Positions 31,350-40,612 of a stretch of 64,000 bases of DNA are shown piece by piece. Position 1 is the first letter of the stretch. Each line of letters begins with the position of its first letter. Origin of the DNA: an uncultured Bacteroidales bacterium (GTDB lineage: Bacteria > Bacteroidota > Bacteroidia > Bacteroidales > UBA4417); the NCBI GenBank assembly GCA_903946925.1, contig CAJAXK010000103.1:2388-66387 (forward strand), given 5' to 3'. Made by a program: the position numbers and the translations under genes. The notes beneath the pieces were generated by a model. The model had not been told where the DNA came from. It searched no databases and saw nothing but the letters and a program-made list of their open reading frames with translations.

Positions 31350-31408
31350 AACTTTTGGTTTAAATCGGTTTTATGGTTAGGTGTTTTGGTTTCTAAGTTT
31401 GGTTAGCG

Positions 31409-31515
31409 GAATGATAAAATTATACAGAACATACTTGCTTTTATTGAAGTTATCAGCCTTGTTTTAAAAAAAATAGGTCAAAATAAAACTTATCAATCAA
31501 ATTGATTGATAATTG
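31409..31515 (-). promoter_or_regulatory. Conserved 107-bp promoter/operator module upstream of P2
   Basis: ttatcagccttg..aaataggtcaaa..ttatcaatca-aat-tgattgataa (perfect 10-3-10 palindrome). Confidence 0.8.
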
Positions 31516-32035
31516 AAAAGGTATTTATACCTAAAAAAGGGAATAGCTGGAATAGATAAATTTTTGTTGAAGATATTTCTAAATTAAACACGATAAAACC
31601 AAATTTGCAAAAATGATCATCACAAAAGAGGTCGAATATAATGGTTTTTAAAGATAGCTTTTACATAAGACAACTCAATGGTTCAGGGTGATATGTGTTA
31701 CCTCCCTTCAAAATCGTGTTAAGTCAATCCTTGCAAAGGTTATTACAGTAACTCACCTACAATTGGGCATAACTTGATTATATTTTCGTTTTTGGACTTA
31801 CTAGCAGGTTATTTTGAAAAACATATATGCTAAACAAACACTTTTTCACAGATTGTCAATGAATGCCTTTGTGTTACATTAGAATCTCTAAAATCGTTAG
31901 ATGTTGTATCAGGCTTTTGCAAGATTCAAGAAAAAAAAATCTGCCCTGTAAATAAGCAGTTTGCTTTAGTTTGTTTTCTTAAGTGTTTTTGTGGAAAAGG
32001 CTGCATGATAGGTTCGGAAGGAGGAGTTGAAATTA

Positions 32036-32078
32036 CATAAAAAAACACAGTTACCCAAAATAAGCGGGATAACTGTGC
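32036..32078 (-). terminator. Intrinsic terminator after the small sorting-signal gene
   Basis: A7-cacagttaccc...gggataactgtg stem. Confidence 0.7.
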
Positions 32079-32115
32079 TAATCATTCAACATGAGCCTTG
32101 AAGGGCAATCGTTAT

Positions 32116-32355
32116 TTATTCTCCGAAAGTATTTACACGCTCCCCGTGTACTTTTCTTACTCCATAAGCTATTGCTAAAGTTAACAATATTAATGTACCG
32201 TTACCGATTGGTGCGCTCGGGCCAACAGGATTGTTTGTTGGTCCACCAGGTGCATTTGGTGAAAAACCACCATTCGGATGAGGCTGTGCAAACATAAGCA
32301 GAGGTGCTGTTATCAAAAAGGCTGCAATAACAGTTACCAGTATCTTTCTTTTCAT
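32116..32355 (-). CDS. Small PID-CTERM-like protein (signal peptide, Pro/Gly linker, PIGNG motif, TM helix, basic tail)
   Basis: ...AQPHPNGG...PSAPIGNGTLILLTLAIAYGVRK; directly downstream of a T9SS cargo gene. Confidence 0.75.
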   Translation of the reverse strand: MKRKILVTVIAAFLITAPLLMFAQPHPNGGFSPNAPGGPTNNPVGPSAPIGNGTLILLTLAIAYGVRKVHGERVNTFGE

Positions 32356-32452
32356 ATCTTTTTGTTTTATTTTTGTTTCTAATCTTTACTTAAGGATTTT
32401 GGGGTCAGGGTTTTGGGGTTGTTGTGTTGCCCCTCACCCCTCGCCTTGTCTA

Positions 32453-35400
32453 TTAGTTAACAAACACTTTTTTAACCAACGTATTATCCTTGCTAATCAC
32501 TTTTACTATATAATTACCTGTTCGATTGAGGCCAATCTCATTCATGCCTTTTGCTGATGTTTGGGTCGAAATCAACTCACCTAGTACATTATAGACGAAA
32601 ATATCGCCTTCAACCCGGTCTTTGAAATTAACATAAACTGTTTTTCCGTAACTATATATAAGTGCAGTCGAACTTTCTATATCGTTTGTTGACAACGGGC
32701 CAAAATGTAGTACAAAACGCTGCGCTGTTTCGCCTGGAATAAAGTTAAACGAATAGGAACTTTTCAACAAATCCGTAAGGATCCCAGTTTTAGTATCTTC
32801 CAGGGTTACCTTCGAAAACTCACCTGTTTTGGCAGCTTTGATACTAAAAAAACCTGCTTCAACTGCTGTAAATCCAACAGGAACATCGGATGTTGCGGGC
32901 AAACCATTAATTGCCAGTTTTTCACCCATTGGGGTTATTGAATAAATCTGCGGCAATTTAGAGTTTTTGGTGCTTATAATCTTATATGCATCAAATTGCC
33001 CATCATGCTCTATACCTGCTTGTTCATTGAAATAAACCAATGCCTGATCGGAGTAGTTTGATCCGGTTGCTTCGAGAATCAATAATTTCGGGTTCCCTGA
33101 TTTGTAGAAATTGTTTGCTCCTGAATGTGAGCGTTGTGCATTACCCAGTTCAAATATCCCAGGTGCTGTTGCTTTTACAAAAAATCCTTGCATCGGAGGA
33201 ACAAATTGCGAATTGCTCTGACCTGGTATCCCTTTTATATAAGGAAGATAATTACTGGAAGCAGCATCAAGTACATAAACCACATTATCCATTCCTGCAG
33301 GGATAATAACATTTTCCCAATCCAGTGAAGACACAAATGGATTTCCCATCAAATTGTAACCGTCGCTACCAAAAGTGAATGACCTGGTTTTAGTTCCCAG
33401 GTTCAAGTCGCCGGTGAATGAAACAGTATTTGTAGTACTTAAGGTTGAATAAAGAGCATAGCCTTCCATTACGTTCAAAAGAGTAGCGTCACTTGTAATA
33501 TCGGAAAACAAGGAAGAGGTTTCAGAGTAATTCTGCATGTACATACCCGAAAATACACCTGCTGTTGCAACCACAACAGGGGATGATACAAGATGCCAGT
33601 CATCGGTGCTTGGTGGAGGATCGCCAGTAAAATACCTTTGCACTGTTGCAGTACCGGATACGGTTAAAAATCCGTTATCCAGCAAAGTAGCAGTACCGGC
33701 AGCAGTTGACCCAAAAAGTATGTTATGACAGGTTCCGGCTGCCGAAAGTGTTGGATACCTTACTAATCCTGCTGGTATGGTTACATCAGTAAATGCGCCC
33801 GGTGTGGATGGGTTCCAGTTTCCAGGTATGGACCATTCGTTGCTTTCAGCACCTGTCCAGGTAGCAGAAGCAGGAGGTGAAAGTATTGTAACAGGTGTTG
33901 ATGCTGAAGAGAGGTAGGAGTCGGCATAATTTACATAACCATCACCAGTAGTCCGCACTTTGAACGTATACGTCGAATCGGATATAAGCCCTGTTATGAC
34001 TTTGGATGCTGTAGATTGGCCACTCACACTGGTTTGGCTGACGAAATTGTCGCGTTTGTAAACAAATACCTCATACCCTGTTGCGTTAAGTACTGGAGTC
34101 CAGTTTGCTGTAAATCCGAAGCTTGTAATATCCGATGCCGCTCCTATTACAGGAACCGGAAGTGTAACCGGATTTGTAAGCCTTGTTATTACCTGGGCTA
34201 TATTCATCCCACCACCACCGGTGTTTCTTACCCTGAACTTGGTAGGGACAGACCTGCTGATAGGAATAACATATATTGAGTCATAACCCGAAGCCTTGCT
34301 TGCCGTGTTATATGTGTATGTACCAATAGGAATCCATGTACTTGTACCTGCATTATACTCATCCAATGCAAAAGTTCTTTCGGCTGTGCCTGTATATGCA
34401 TGCAATTCAATCTGTTCCACTGAATTTACTTCCGGAAAAACAACAACTCCTGCATTGGTGAGATTGTCGAGAGCAATATCGTTTATGTGTGTAAACCCTC
34501 TCCGGTCTTTTTTAGTAATGGCTCTGATAACTGCTTTTTCCATGACAAACCCGTTTATCGAACTTGATGGGAATAAGCCGTTTCCAGGAGTGGCACCTGC
34601 TGGAGTTCCCCATGTTCCATCGCCAAAGTCGGTATGGATTGTATTTACAATACTATATGTCGTGATAAAAGTCGGCGATGCAGCTGAAGGTGACGAATCA
34701 AGGTATGTTACACCATCTCCTTTTGCAATTACAACAAAAGTATAGGATGTGCCAAATGAGAGACCAGTAATTGCCAGGTTCGTGGTAGCCTGACCGGGAG
34801 CATTTGATGTGCTTACTAGCAATGTACCCAAATATACCTTAACATCATACCCAGTTGCATTGGCAACCCCAGTCCAGTTTGCTGTAAAACCGCTTGTTGT
34901 AATATCTGTTGCTACTCCTACTGTTGGTTGTAAAAGCCCCAAGGTTGTAAATGCAGCCGATGCCGTAGAAGGATCTGAACTGGAATAACTAGTGCCATTG
35001 CCAATTGCTGTAACCGTGTAAGTATAAGTAGTACCAGATGCAAGACCGGATATGGCCACACTTTCAGTTGCCTGCCCACTGGCATTGGTCGTACTTACAA
35101 CTGTTGCTCCCGAATAAACTTTAACGCTGTAACCGGTTGCATTAGCCACCTGGGTCCAGTTTGCAGTAAAGCCCGTAACCGCAATTGAAGATGCTGTCCC
35201 TACAACAGGCGAAGTGAGTTTAGGGATCTGTGTAAAAACTGCTTCAGCCCATGTTCTTGATACCCTGACCCCACCAATATTATATTTCATACTTGAGGTG
35301 CCTTGAGCCCTGACCCACAAATTATTAAGGGAAGTTCTGGCTGTACCGGAATTGTCCGAAATATCGGCTACAGGTTCAGTACCGGAAATGATTGGATTTA

Positions 35401-35989
35401 TAAAAATGGAAGAAAATTGAGTAGAAAAATCATATTTCAAAACTATAAGAATGACCTCATTAACATTAGCAAATTCGGTAGAAGCCCATTTAACATCACC
35501 ACCTGACTGGCTTGATCGGGTAGTACCAAATCTAAATGAAGTAGTTGTTACAACCCCTTTACCAACATAAACCTTTGGGCCTGCACTAGTTCCGGTTGAC
35601 ATTCCAAAAACCTCTGAATTAGTTTGATTTTGGATTACACCGGCTTTATACATGAAAGTTAAATAAATCGGACCTGTTGAGATAGGAGTTGCAGTAAAAG
35701 GCTTTAAAGAGTAGTAGCTAGTGGCATTAGTAATATCGGAATTCATTATTTTTCCTGTACCAGATAGATAATATATTCCTCCCGAATTTGAGTACGACAA
35801 GGCTGGTGAAACAGTTGGATCTAGTATATTCCTTCCTGTTCCAGCAAGTAAAGTTCCTGAAGTTGTCCAACCAGGTGCAGAAGCCAGATTTGGAACTGTA
35901 TAATCAAAGGTTTCATCCAGCAGTACTTGTCCGAAAGTACTCGTAATCAACGAGAACAGGGCAATCATTAAAGTAAAGTTTTTTTTCAT
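32453..35989 (-). CDS. Large T9SS-secreted FN3-repeat protein (paralog P3)
   Basis: Shared N-domain, 3 FN3, central module, WTGAESNEWSIPGNW, GYNLMGNPFVSSLDW; CTD GNYIVKV...KKVFVN. Confidence 0.88.
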   Translation of the reverse strand: MKKNFTLMIALFSLITSTFGQVLLDETFDYTVPNLASAPGWTTSGTLLAGTGRNILDPTVSPALSYSNSGGIYYLSGTGKIMNSDITNATSYYSLKPFTATPISTGPIYLTFMYKAGVIQNQTNSEVFGMSTGTSAGPKVYVGKGVVTTTSFRFGTTRSSQSGGDVKWASTEFANVNEVILIVLKYDFSTQFSSIFINPIISGTEPVADISDNSGTARTSLNNLWVRAQGTSSMKYNIGGVRVSRTWAEAVFTQIPKLTSPVVGTASSIAVTGFTANWTQVANATGYSVKVYSGATVVSTTNASGQATESVAISGLASGTTYTYTVTAIGNGTSYSSSDPSTASAAFTTLGLLQPTVGVATDITTSGFTANWTGVANATGYDVKVYLGTLLVSTSNAPGQATTNLAITGLSFGTSYTFVVIAKGDGVTYLDSSPSAASPTFITTYSIVNTIHTDFGDGTWGTPAGATPGNGLFPSSSINGFVMEKAVIRAITKKDRRGFTHINDIALDNLTNAGVVVFPEVNSVEQIELHAYTGTAERTFALDEYNAGTSTWIPIGTYTYNTASKASGYDSIYVIPISRSVPTKFRVRNTGGGGMNIAQVITRLTNPVTLPVPVIGAASDITSFGFTANWTPVLNATGYEVFVYKRDNFVSQTSVSGQSTASKVITGLISDSTYTFKVRTTGDGYVNYADSYLSSASTPVTILSPPASATWTGAESNEWSIPGNWNPSTPGAFTDVTIPAGLVRYPTLSAAGTCHNILFGSTAAGTATLLDNGFLTVSGTATVQRYFTGDPPPSTDDWHLVSSPVVVATAGVFSGMYMQNYSETSSLFSDITSDATLLNVMEGYALYSTLSTTNTVSFTGDLNLGTKTRSFTFGSDGYNLMGNPFVSSLDWENVIIPAGMDNVVYVLDAASSNYLPYIKGIPGQSNSQFVPPMQGFFVKATAPGIFELGNAQRSHSGANNFYKSGNPKLLILEATGSNYSDQALVYFNEQAGIEHDGQFDAYKIISTKNSKLPQIYSITPMGEKLAINGLPATSDVPVGFTAVEAGFFSIKAAKTGEFSKVTLEDTKTGILTDLLKSSYSFNFIPGETAQRFVLHFGPLSTNDIESSTALIYSYGKTVYVNFKDRVEGDIFVYNVLGELISTQTSAKGMNEIGLNRTGNYIVKVISKDNTLVKKVFVN

Positions 35990-36047
35990 ACTTTTTGGTT
36001 TAATCGGTTTTATGGTTGGTTGATTTGGTTTCTAAGATTACGTAGCA

Positions 36048-36154
36048 GAATAATAAAATTATACAGAATAAACCAGCTATTATAGAAGTTATCAGCCTCG
36101 TTTTTAAATAAATAGGTCAAAATAAAACTTATCAATCAAATTGAATGATAATTG
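36048..36154 (-). promoter_or_regulatory. Conserved 107-bp promoter/operator module upstream of P3, divergent from the HTCS
   Basis: Ungapped match to the other copies; similarity to the P2 upstream region extends about 35990-36190. Confidence 0.8.
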
Positions 36155-36320
36155 AAAAGGCATTTCCACCTAAAAAAGAGGAATAGCTGAAATAAATTGC
36201 TTATTTTTGAAAATATTTCCGACTGATACCCGGTTCCTCAAATTTCAAGGAACAACTTTTGGACAAAAAGATCAGCTTTGCCCCTTCTTAAGGGCATTTT
36301 AGAACCCAAAACACAAACAC

Positions 36321-39300
36321 ATGCGAATACATATACTCCTGCTGGCCTTTATTTTTTCGTTTTGCGGCTTTTCGTTTGCAACCATTCCCGATAATATTAA
36401 TTTTTCGTTTCGTAGGATTTCCCCTGTGGGCGGATTTACGTATGGGTCGATAAATTCCATCTGCGAGGATGCGAATGGCTTTATTTGGTTTGGCACAATT
36501 CATGGCTTATACCGTTACAATTCGGTTGATGTACAGAAATTCCTGCATAGCCCACAAGATTCTACCTCTATTCCCGACAATTCGATTCGCACCATTTTTC
36601 TTGATTCGTCGGGAACGCTTTGGATTGGTACTGCCCAAGGGGTTTGTATTTACGATAATGATAAAGACCAGTTTATTACACTCAAATTTAGGGATAAATC
36701 GGGGGAAAGCCTGGGGAATAATATCCGTGATATTTTTGAAGGCAAGGATAAAAACATCTACCTCCTTAGCAACACCATGTTGGGGAAATACAATAAGGAA
36801 ACCAAAAAGTTTGAAAAAATAGTGGTTGCAAAATCCACAACTGAGAATTTTGCCTGTGCTAATTACGATTCGAAAGGGCGGTTTTGGATTGGTGGGGCTA
36901 ACGGGACCGTTTGGATGCTTGAAGCAACAGACCAAAAATTACGTGTGTTTTGCCATCATCAGTCGGAATTGATACGGAAGTTATTTTCCGATGAAACAGG
37001 GCTTTGGATTGGATATGATTTGTCGGGGCTTGATTTTGTTGGATTTCAGGGAAATTTGATACGGCATTATGGTAGCAATCCCAACGATACATATAAAATC
37101 AATCACAACCGTGTCCGCGATATCAATAAAGATGAGGCCGGGCGGATATGGATTTCGACATACAAAGGCATTTCGATTATCAATAATGGCAAAAGTTATA
37201 ATATCCTTCCGAAAGAAATTTCCGGTTTGCCCTATAACAGTATCTATAAAATATTCCGCGATTCAAAAAACGGCATCTGGATTGGAACCTGGTCGGGTGG
37301 ACTTGCTTACAGATCCGATTTCGATAACCGGTTTTTTCATTTTCGAAAAGATCAGACCGATTCGGAAATGGAGGACGAATTTGTGAGTTCGTTTGCCGAA
37401 AAATCGGACAAAACTGTTCTGATAGGAACCGAATTTGGTAACCTTAATCTTCTCGACCGGGAATCAAATAAAATGATCAACGTCCCTTTTAAAACAGAAA
37501 ACGGGAAAAAATTTGAAAATATCAAGTCGTTGTACTTCGACAAGGAAACAGAAACCCTTTGGGTGGGCACATTTTTGGAAGGTTTGTGGTATCAGACTAA
37601 AAATGACAATACTTTACATGAACTGAAAAAATTTAATCAAGATAGAATAAGCATATATGCGCTTGCCAAATCAGGCATCAACTTGTGGATTGGCACTTTT
37701 GGCAAAGGACTATACCATTACAACACCCAAACAGGCATAATGAAACAGTATGTTCAAGTAGCACGTAATGCAAAGTCGTTAAGCAATAACCAAATACGCT
37801 CAATTATTAGCGACAATGAAAACGGAATCTGGATTGGGACTAAAAATGGATTAAATTATTTCGACCCAAAAACCGCAGAATTTCAACGATTTATGAACTT
37901 GCCTAATGCCACCAATTGTATCAGCAACGACGAAATACTATCCTTGTATCAGGATCGCAAAGGTAAAATCTGGATTGGAACCAGTGGGGGCGGCTTGAAC
38001 AAATACGATAAAAAAACAGGGAAATTCGAGTCGTTTGGGGTAAAGGATGGCTTATCGGGTAACGATGTGTACGGAATACAGGAAGACCAAAATGGAATAC
38101 TCTGGATAAGTACCGAAAATGGCATCTCAAGCATTGATCCGATAAAGAAAACGATACGGAATTTTTACAGGGAAGATGAACTTAAAGGCAACCAATTCAA
38201 TCCGGGAGCGGTATTTCAAACCAGCTCAGGCGAAATACTTTTTGGCAACACTAAAGGGTTCACGCTTTTTACTCCGGGGCAGATGAAAACCAACCCTATT
38301 CCACCAAAGGTTATCCTAACCTCCCTATCAATCAACAATTTGGCTGTAACCAACCATACTGAAGGATCACCATTGACAAAATCACTTCAAAATGAAGACA
38401 TCCTGAAACTTACATTCGATCAAAATTCGCTCACTTTTAATTTTGTGGCCAATAATTTTTTACTACCTGCCAAAAACCAGTTTAAATATAGGTTGATGAA
38501 TTACGATAATAAATGGGTGGAAGCAGGAACACAAAACTATGCGGCCTTCACTAAAATCCCTCCAGGGGATTATGTGTTCGAGGTAATTGCTTGTAACAAC
38601 GACAATTTGTGGAGCAACACACCTACTCGTTTGAAGATCAGTATTTCGCCGCCTTTTTGGTTGGCGTGGTATGCCAAACTGATTTATATATTGGCCGTTT
38701 CCTTAGCTTTCTATTATGTCCGCAAGGAAGTGGTTGCCCGTCAGAAGTTTAAAAAGGAACTCTTGCTCGAACGCCTGCGGCACGAATCGGAAGCCCAGTT
38801 GCAGGAAATGAAGCTAAGGTTTTTTACAAATATTTCGCATGAATTCAGGACGCCACTTACACTTATTTCGTCGCCAATAAACCTGTTGATCGAAAAATTC
38901 AAGCTGGAACCTTCAGTAAAGGAACATCTACTCACCATGCGGCGCAATTCGGACCGCCTGTTACGATTGGTGAACCAACTGATTGATATTCGCAAAATCG
39001 AATTGGGGAAAGCCGTTTTTCAGCCACAACACACAGATCTTATACACTTATGCCGAAACGTGATCAGTTGTTTCGAAATGGAGGCTGTTGACAAACAAAT
39101 ACGTTTGCTTTTTAATCCCGAAATTGAATTGTTGATCTTGCCTCTTGATGCAGAAAAGGCGGAAAAAATATTCTTCAATATCCTTTCGAATGCAATGAAA
39201 TTTACTCCCGAAAAGGGGACAATCGGCATCACCGTTTATTCGACCCATTCAGATGAAAATGCTGACGAAAACCTTGTTGTAGGTGAACAAATTCAAGGTA

Positions 39301-40400
39301 ATATGATTTGTGTCGAATTTTCGGACAACGGGCCTGGTATAGCACCGGAGGATCTCAAATTAATATTCGAACGCTTCGAACAAGGCAAAAAACACCAATC
39401 GTCAGGCACTGGGATTGGTTTACACATTGCTCACGAGTACATAAAAATGCACAAAGGCAACATAAGGGTGAAATCAAAAATTGGGACTGGTTCAACTTTT
39501 ACCATCAGTTTTCCGTTTAACGAAGAGCTTGATCCGAAAAAAGAATGGAAAGCAGCAAGTGATTTTAACCCTCAGTTTAATGTTCTGGCCGAACCAAACA
39601 GTTTCCGTCCACCACATGAAGAAAAGGAAAAAACATATACCATCCTTATTGTTGAGGATAATTATGACCTTAGGAATTACCTAAAAAACCTGTTAAACCA
39701 GCAATACCATATTGTTACTGCGCCAAATGGCAAGCAAGGCCTCGAAACTGCCCTGACCATACTTCCCGAATTGGTTATTACCGATGTGATGATGCCACAG
39801 ATGGATGGTTTGGAATTATGCCGGCAGCTAAAAGACAATATTTTAAGCAGCCATATTCCTGTAATAATGCTTACCGCCTTTAGCGATTCCGAAAAACAAA
39901 TCGGTGGGTTGAAAACTGGTGCCGATGCTTATATCACCAAGCCTTTTGATGAAAATATCCTGATGGCGCAAATCGAAAATTTAATTTCATCGAGGGCAAA
40001 ACTCAGGGAAGTATTCTCTGTTTCCGATACTGCCTGGGCCGAAGGAATGGATGTGATGTTTTCGGATAAAATGCTGATTGAAAAAGCCACGGCTATTGTG
40101 GAAAAACATTTAAGCGACAAATCTTTTGTAATTGATAATCTTGCCTCTAACATTGGAATCAGCACAAGTTCCCTTTACCGGAAATTGAAAATGCTTACCA
40201 ACCAATCGCCAACCGAGTTTGTGAGGTATATCCGACTAAAGAAAGCAATCAAGCTTATGAACGATGGGAACACAAATGTGGATGAAATTGGTTTCGCAGT
40301 TGGTTTCAATTCCCACTCCTATTTTACGAGCAGTTTCAAGAAACAATTTGGGATAACACCTTCCGATTATATTATCGATCTGAAGACGAAAAAGAAATAA
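36321..40400 (+). CDS. Hybrid two-component system sensor/regulator (beta-propeller, Y_Y_Y, HisKA, HATPase, REC, AraC HTH)
   Basis: Repeated LWIGT..G propeller blades, FFTNISHEFRTPL, NILSNAMKFT, GTGIGL, ITDVMMP, and VGFNSHSYFTSSFKKQFG. Confidence 0.97.
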   Translation: MRIHILLLAFIFSFCGFSFATIPDNINFSFRRISPVGGFTYGSINSICEDANGFIWFGTIHGLYRYNSVDVQKFLHSPQDSTSIPDNSIRTIFLDSSGTLWIGTAQGVCIYDNDKDQFITLKFRDKSGESLGNNIRDIFEGKDKNIYLLSNTMLGKYNKETKKFEKIVVAKSTTENFACANYDSKGRFWIGGANGTVWMLEATDQKLRVFCHHQSELIRKLFSDETGLWIGYDLSGLDFVGFQGNLIRHYGSNPNDTYKINHNRVRDINKDEAGRIWISTYKGISIINNGKSYNILPKEISGLPYNSIYKIFRDSKNGIWIGTWSGGLAYRSDFDNRFFHFRKDQTDSEMEDEFVSSFAEKSDKTVLIGTEFGNLNLLDRESNKMINVPFKTENGKKFENIKSLYFDKETETLWVGTFLEGLWYQTKNDNTLHELKKFNQDRISIYALAKSGINLWIGTFGKGLYHYNTQTGIMKQYVQVARNAKSLSNNQIRSIISDNENGIWIGTKNGLNYFDPKTAEFQRFMNLPNATNCISNDEILSLYQDRKGKIWIGTSGGGLNKYDKKTGKFESFGVKDGLSGNDVYGIQEDQNGILWISTENGISSIDPIKKTIRNFYREDELKGNQFNPGAVFQTSSGEILFGNTKGFTLFTPGQMKTNPIPPKVILTSLSINNLAVTNHTEGSPLTKSLQNEDILKLTFDQNSLTFNFVANNFLLPAKNQFKYRLMNYDNKWVEAGTQNYAAFTKIPPGDYVFEVIACNNDNLWSNTPTRLKISISPPFWLAWYAKLIYILAVSLAFYYVRKEVVARQKFKKELLLERLRHESEAQLQEMKLRFFTNISHEFRTPLTLISSPINLLIEKFKLEPSVKEHLLTMRRNSDRLLRLVNQLIDIRKIELGKAVFQPQHTDLIHLCRNVISCFEMEAVDKQIRLLFNPEIELLILPLDAEKAEKIFFNILSNAMKFTPEKGTIGITVYSTHSDENADENLVVGEQIQGNMICVEFSDNGPGIAPEDLKLIFERFEQGKKHQSSGTGIGLHIAHEYIKMHKGNIRVKSKIGTGSTFTISFPFNEELDPKKEWKAASDFNPQFNVLAEPNSFRPPHEEKEKTYTILIVEDNYDLRNYLKNLLNQQYHIVTAPNGKQGLETALTILPELVITDVMMPQMDGLELCRQLKDNILSSHIPVIMLTAFSDSEKQIGGLKTGADAYITKPFDENILMAQIENLISSRAKLREVFSVSDTAWAEGMDVMFSDKMLIEKATAIVEKHLSDKSFVIDNLASNIGISTSSLYRKLKMLTNQSPTEFVRYIRLKKAIKLMNDGNTNVDEIGFAVGFNSHSYFTSSFKKQFGITPSDYIIDLKTKKK

Positions 40401-40612
40401 TCCCTTTTAAGTAAATTAAGGGGTGTTTGAGTTTTTCAATGAGTACCCTCCCCAACCTTGCTTTCAGGGAGGGAGTAATTTGTACAATTTTGAAGTTCAT
40501 TCAAATAATGAAAAATAATCCTTACCCCTTTCCTCCCCCTGATCCATATCGCTAACAGGACAAGGGAAGAGAGAGGGTGTAAAAAAGCAAAAGGATAAAT
40601 TTTAAACCGTCA

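Noticed and set aside
31520-32035. 500-bp AT-rich gap as a possible hidden gene or riboswitch
   Set aside because: No credible ORF, recognisable aptamer or strong repeat found by eye.
24162-35989. Diversity-generating retroelement or shufflon behind the paralog similarity
   Set aside because: No reverse transcriptase or recombinase in the window, differences are not visibly adenine-specific, and all copies are intact co-oriented genes.
40440-40580. Purine/pyrimidine-rich imperfect hairpins between the convergent HTCS and oxidoreductase genes, as a possible ncRNA
   Set aside because: Adequately explained as terminator-like structure between convergent genes; no further support.
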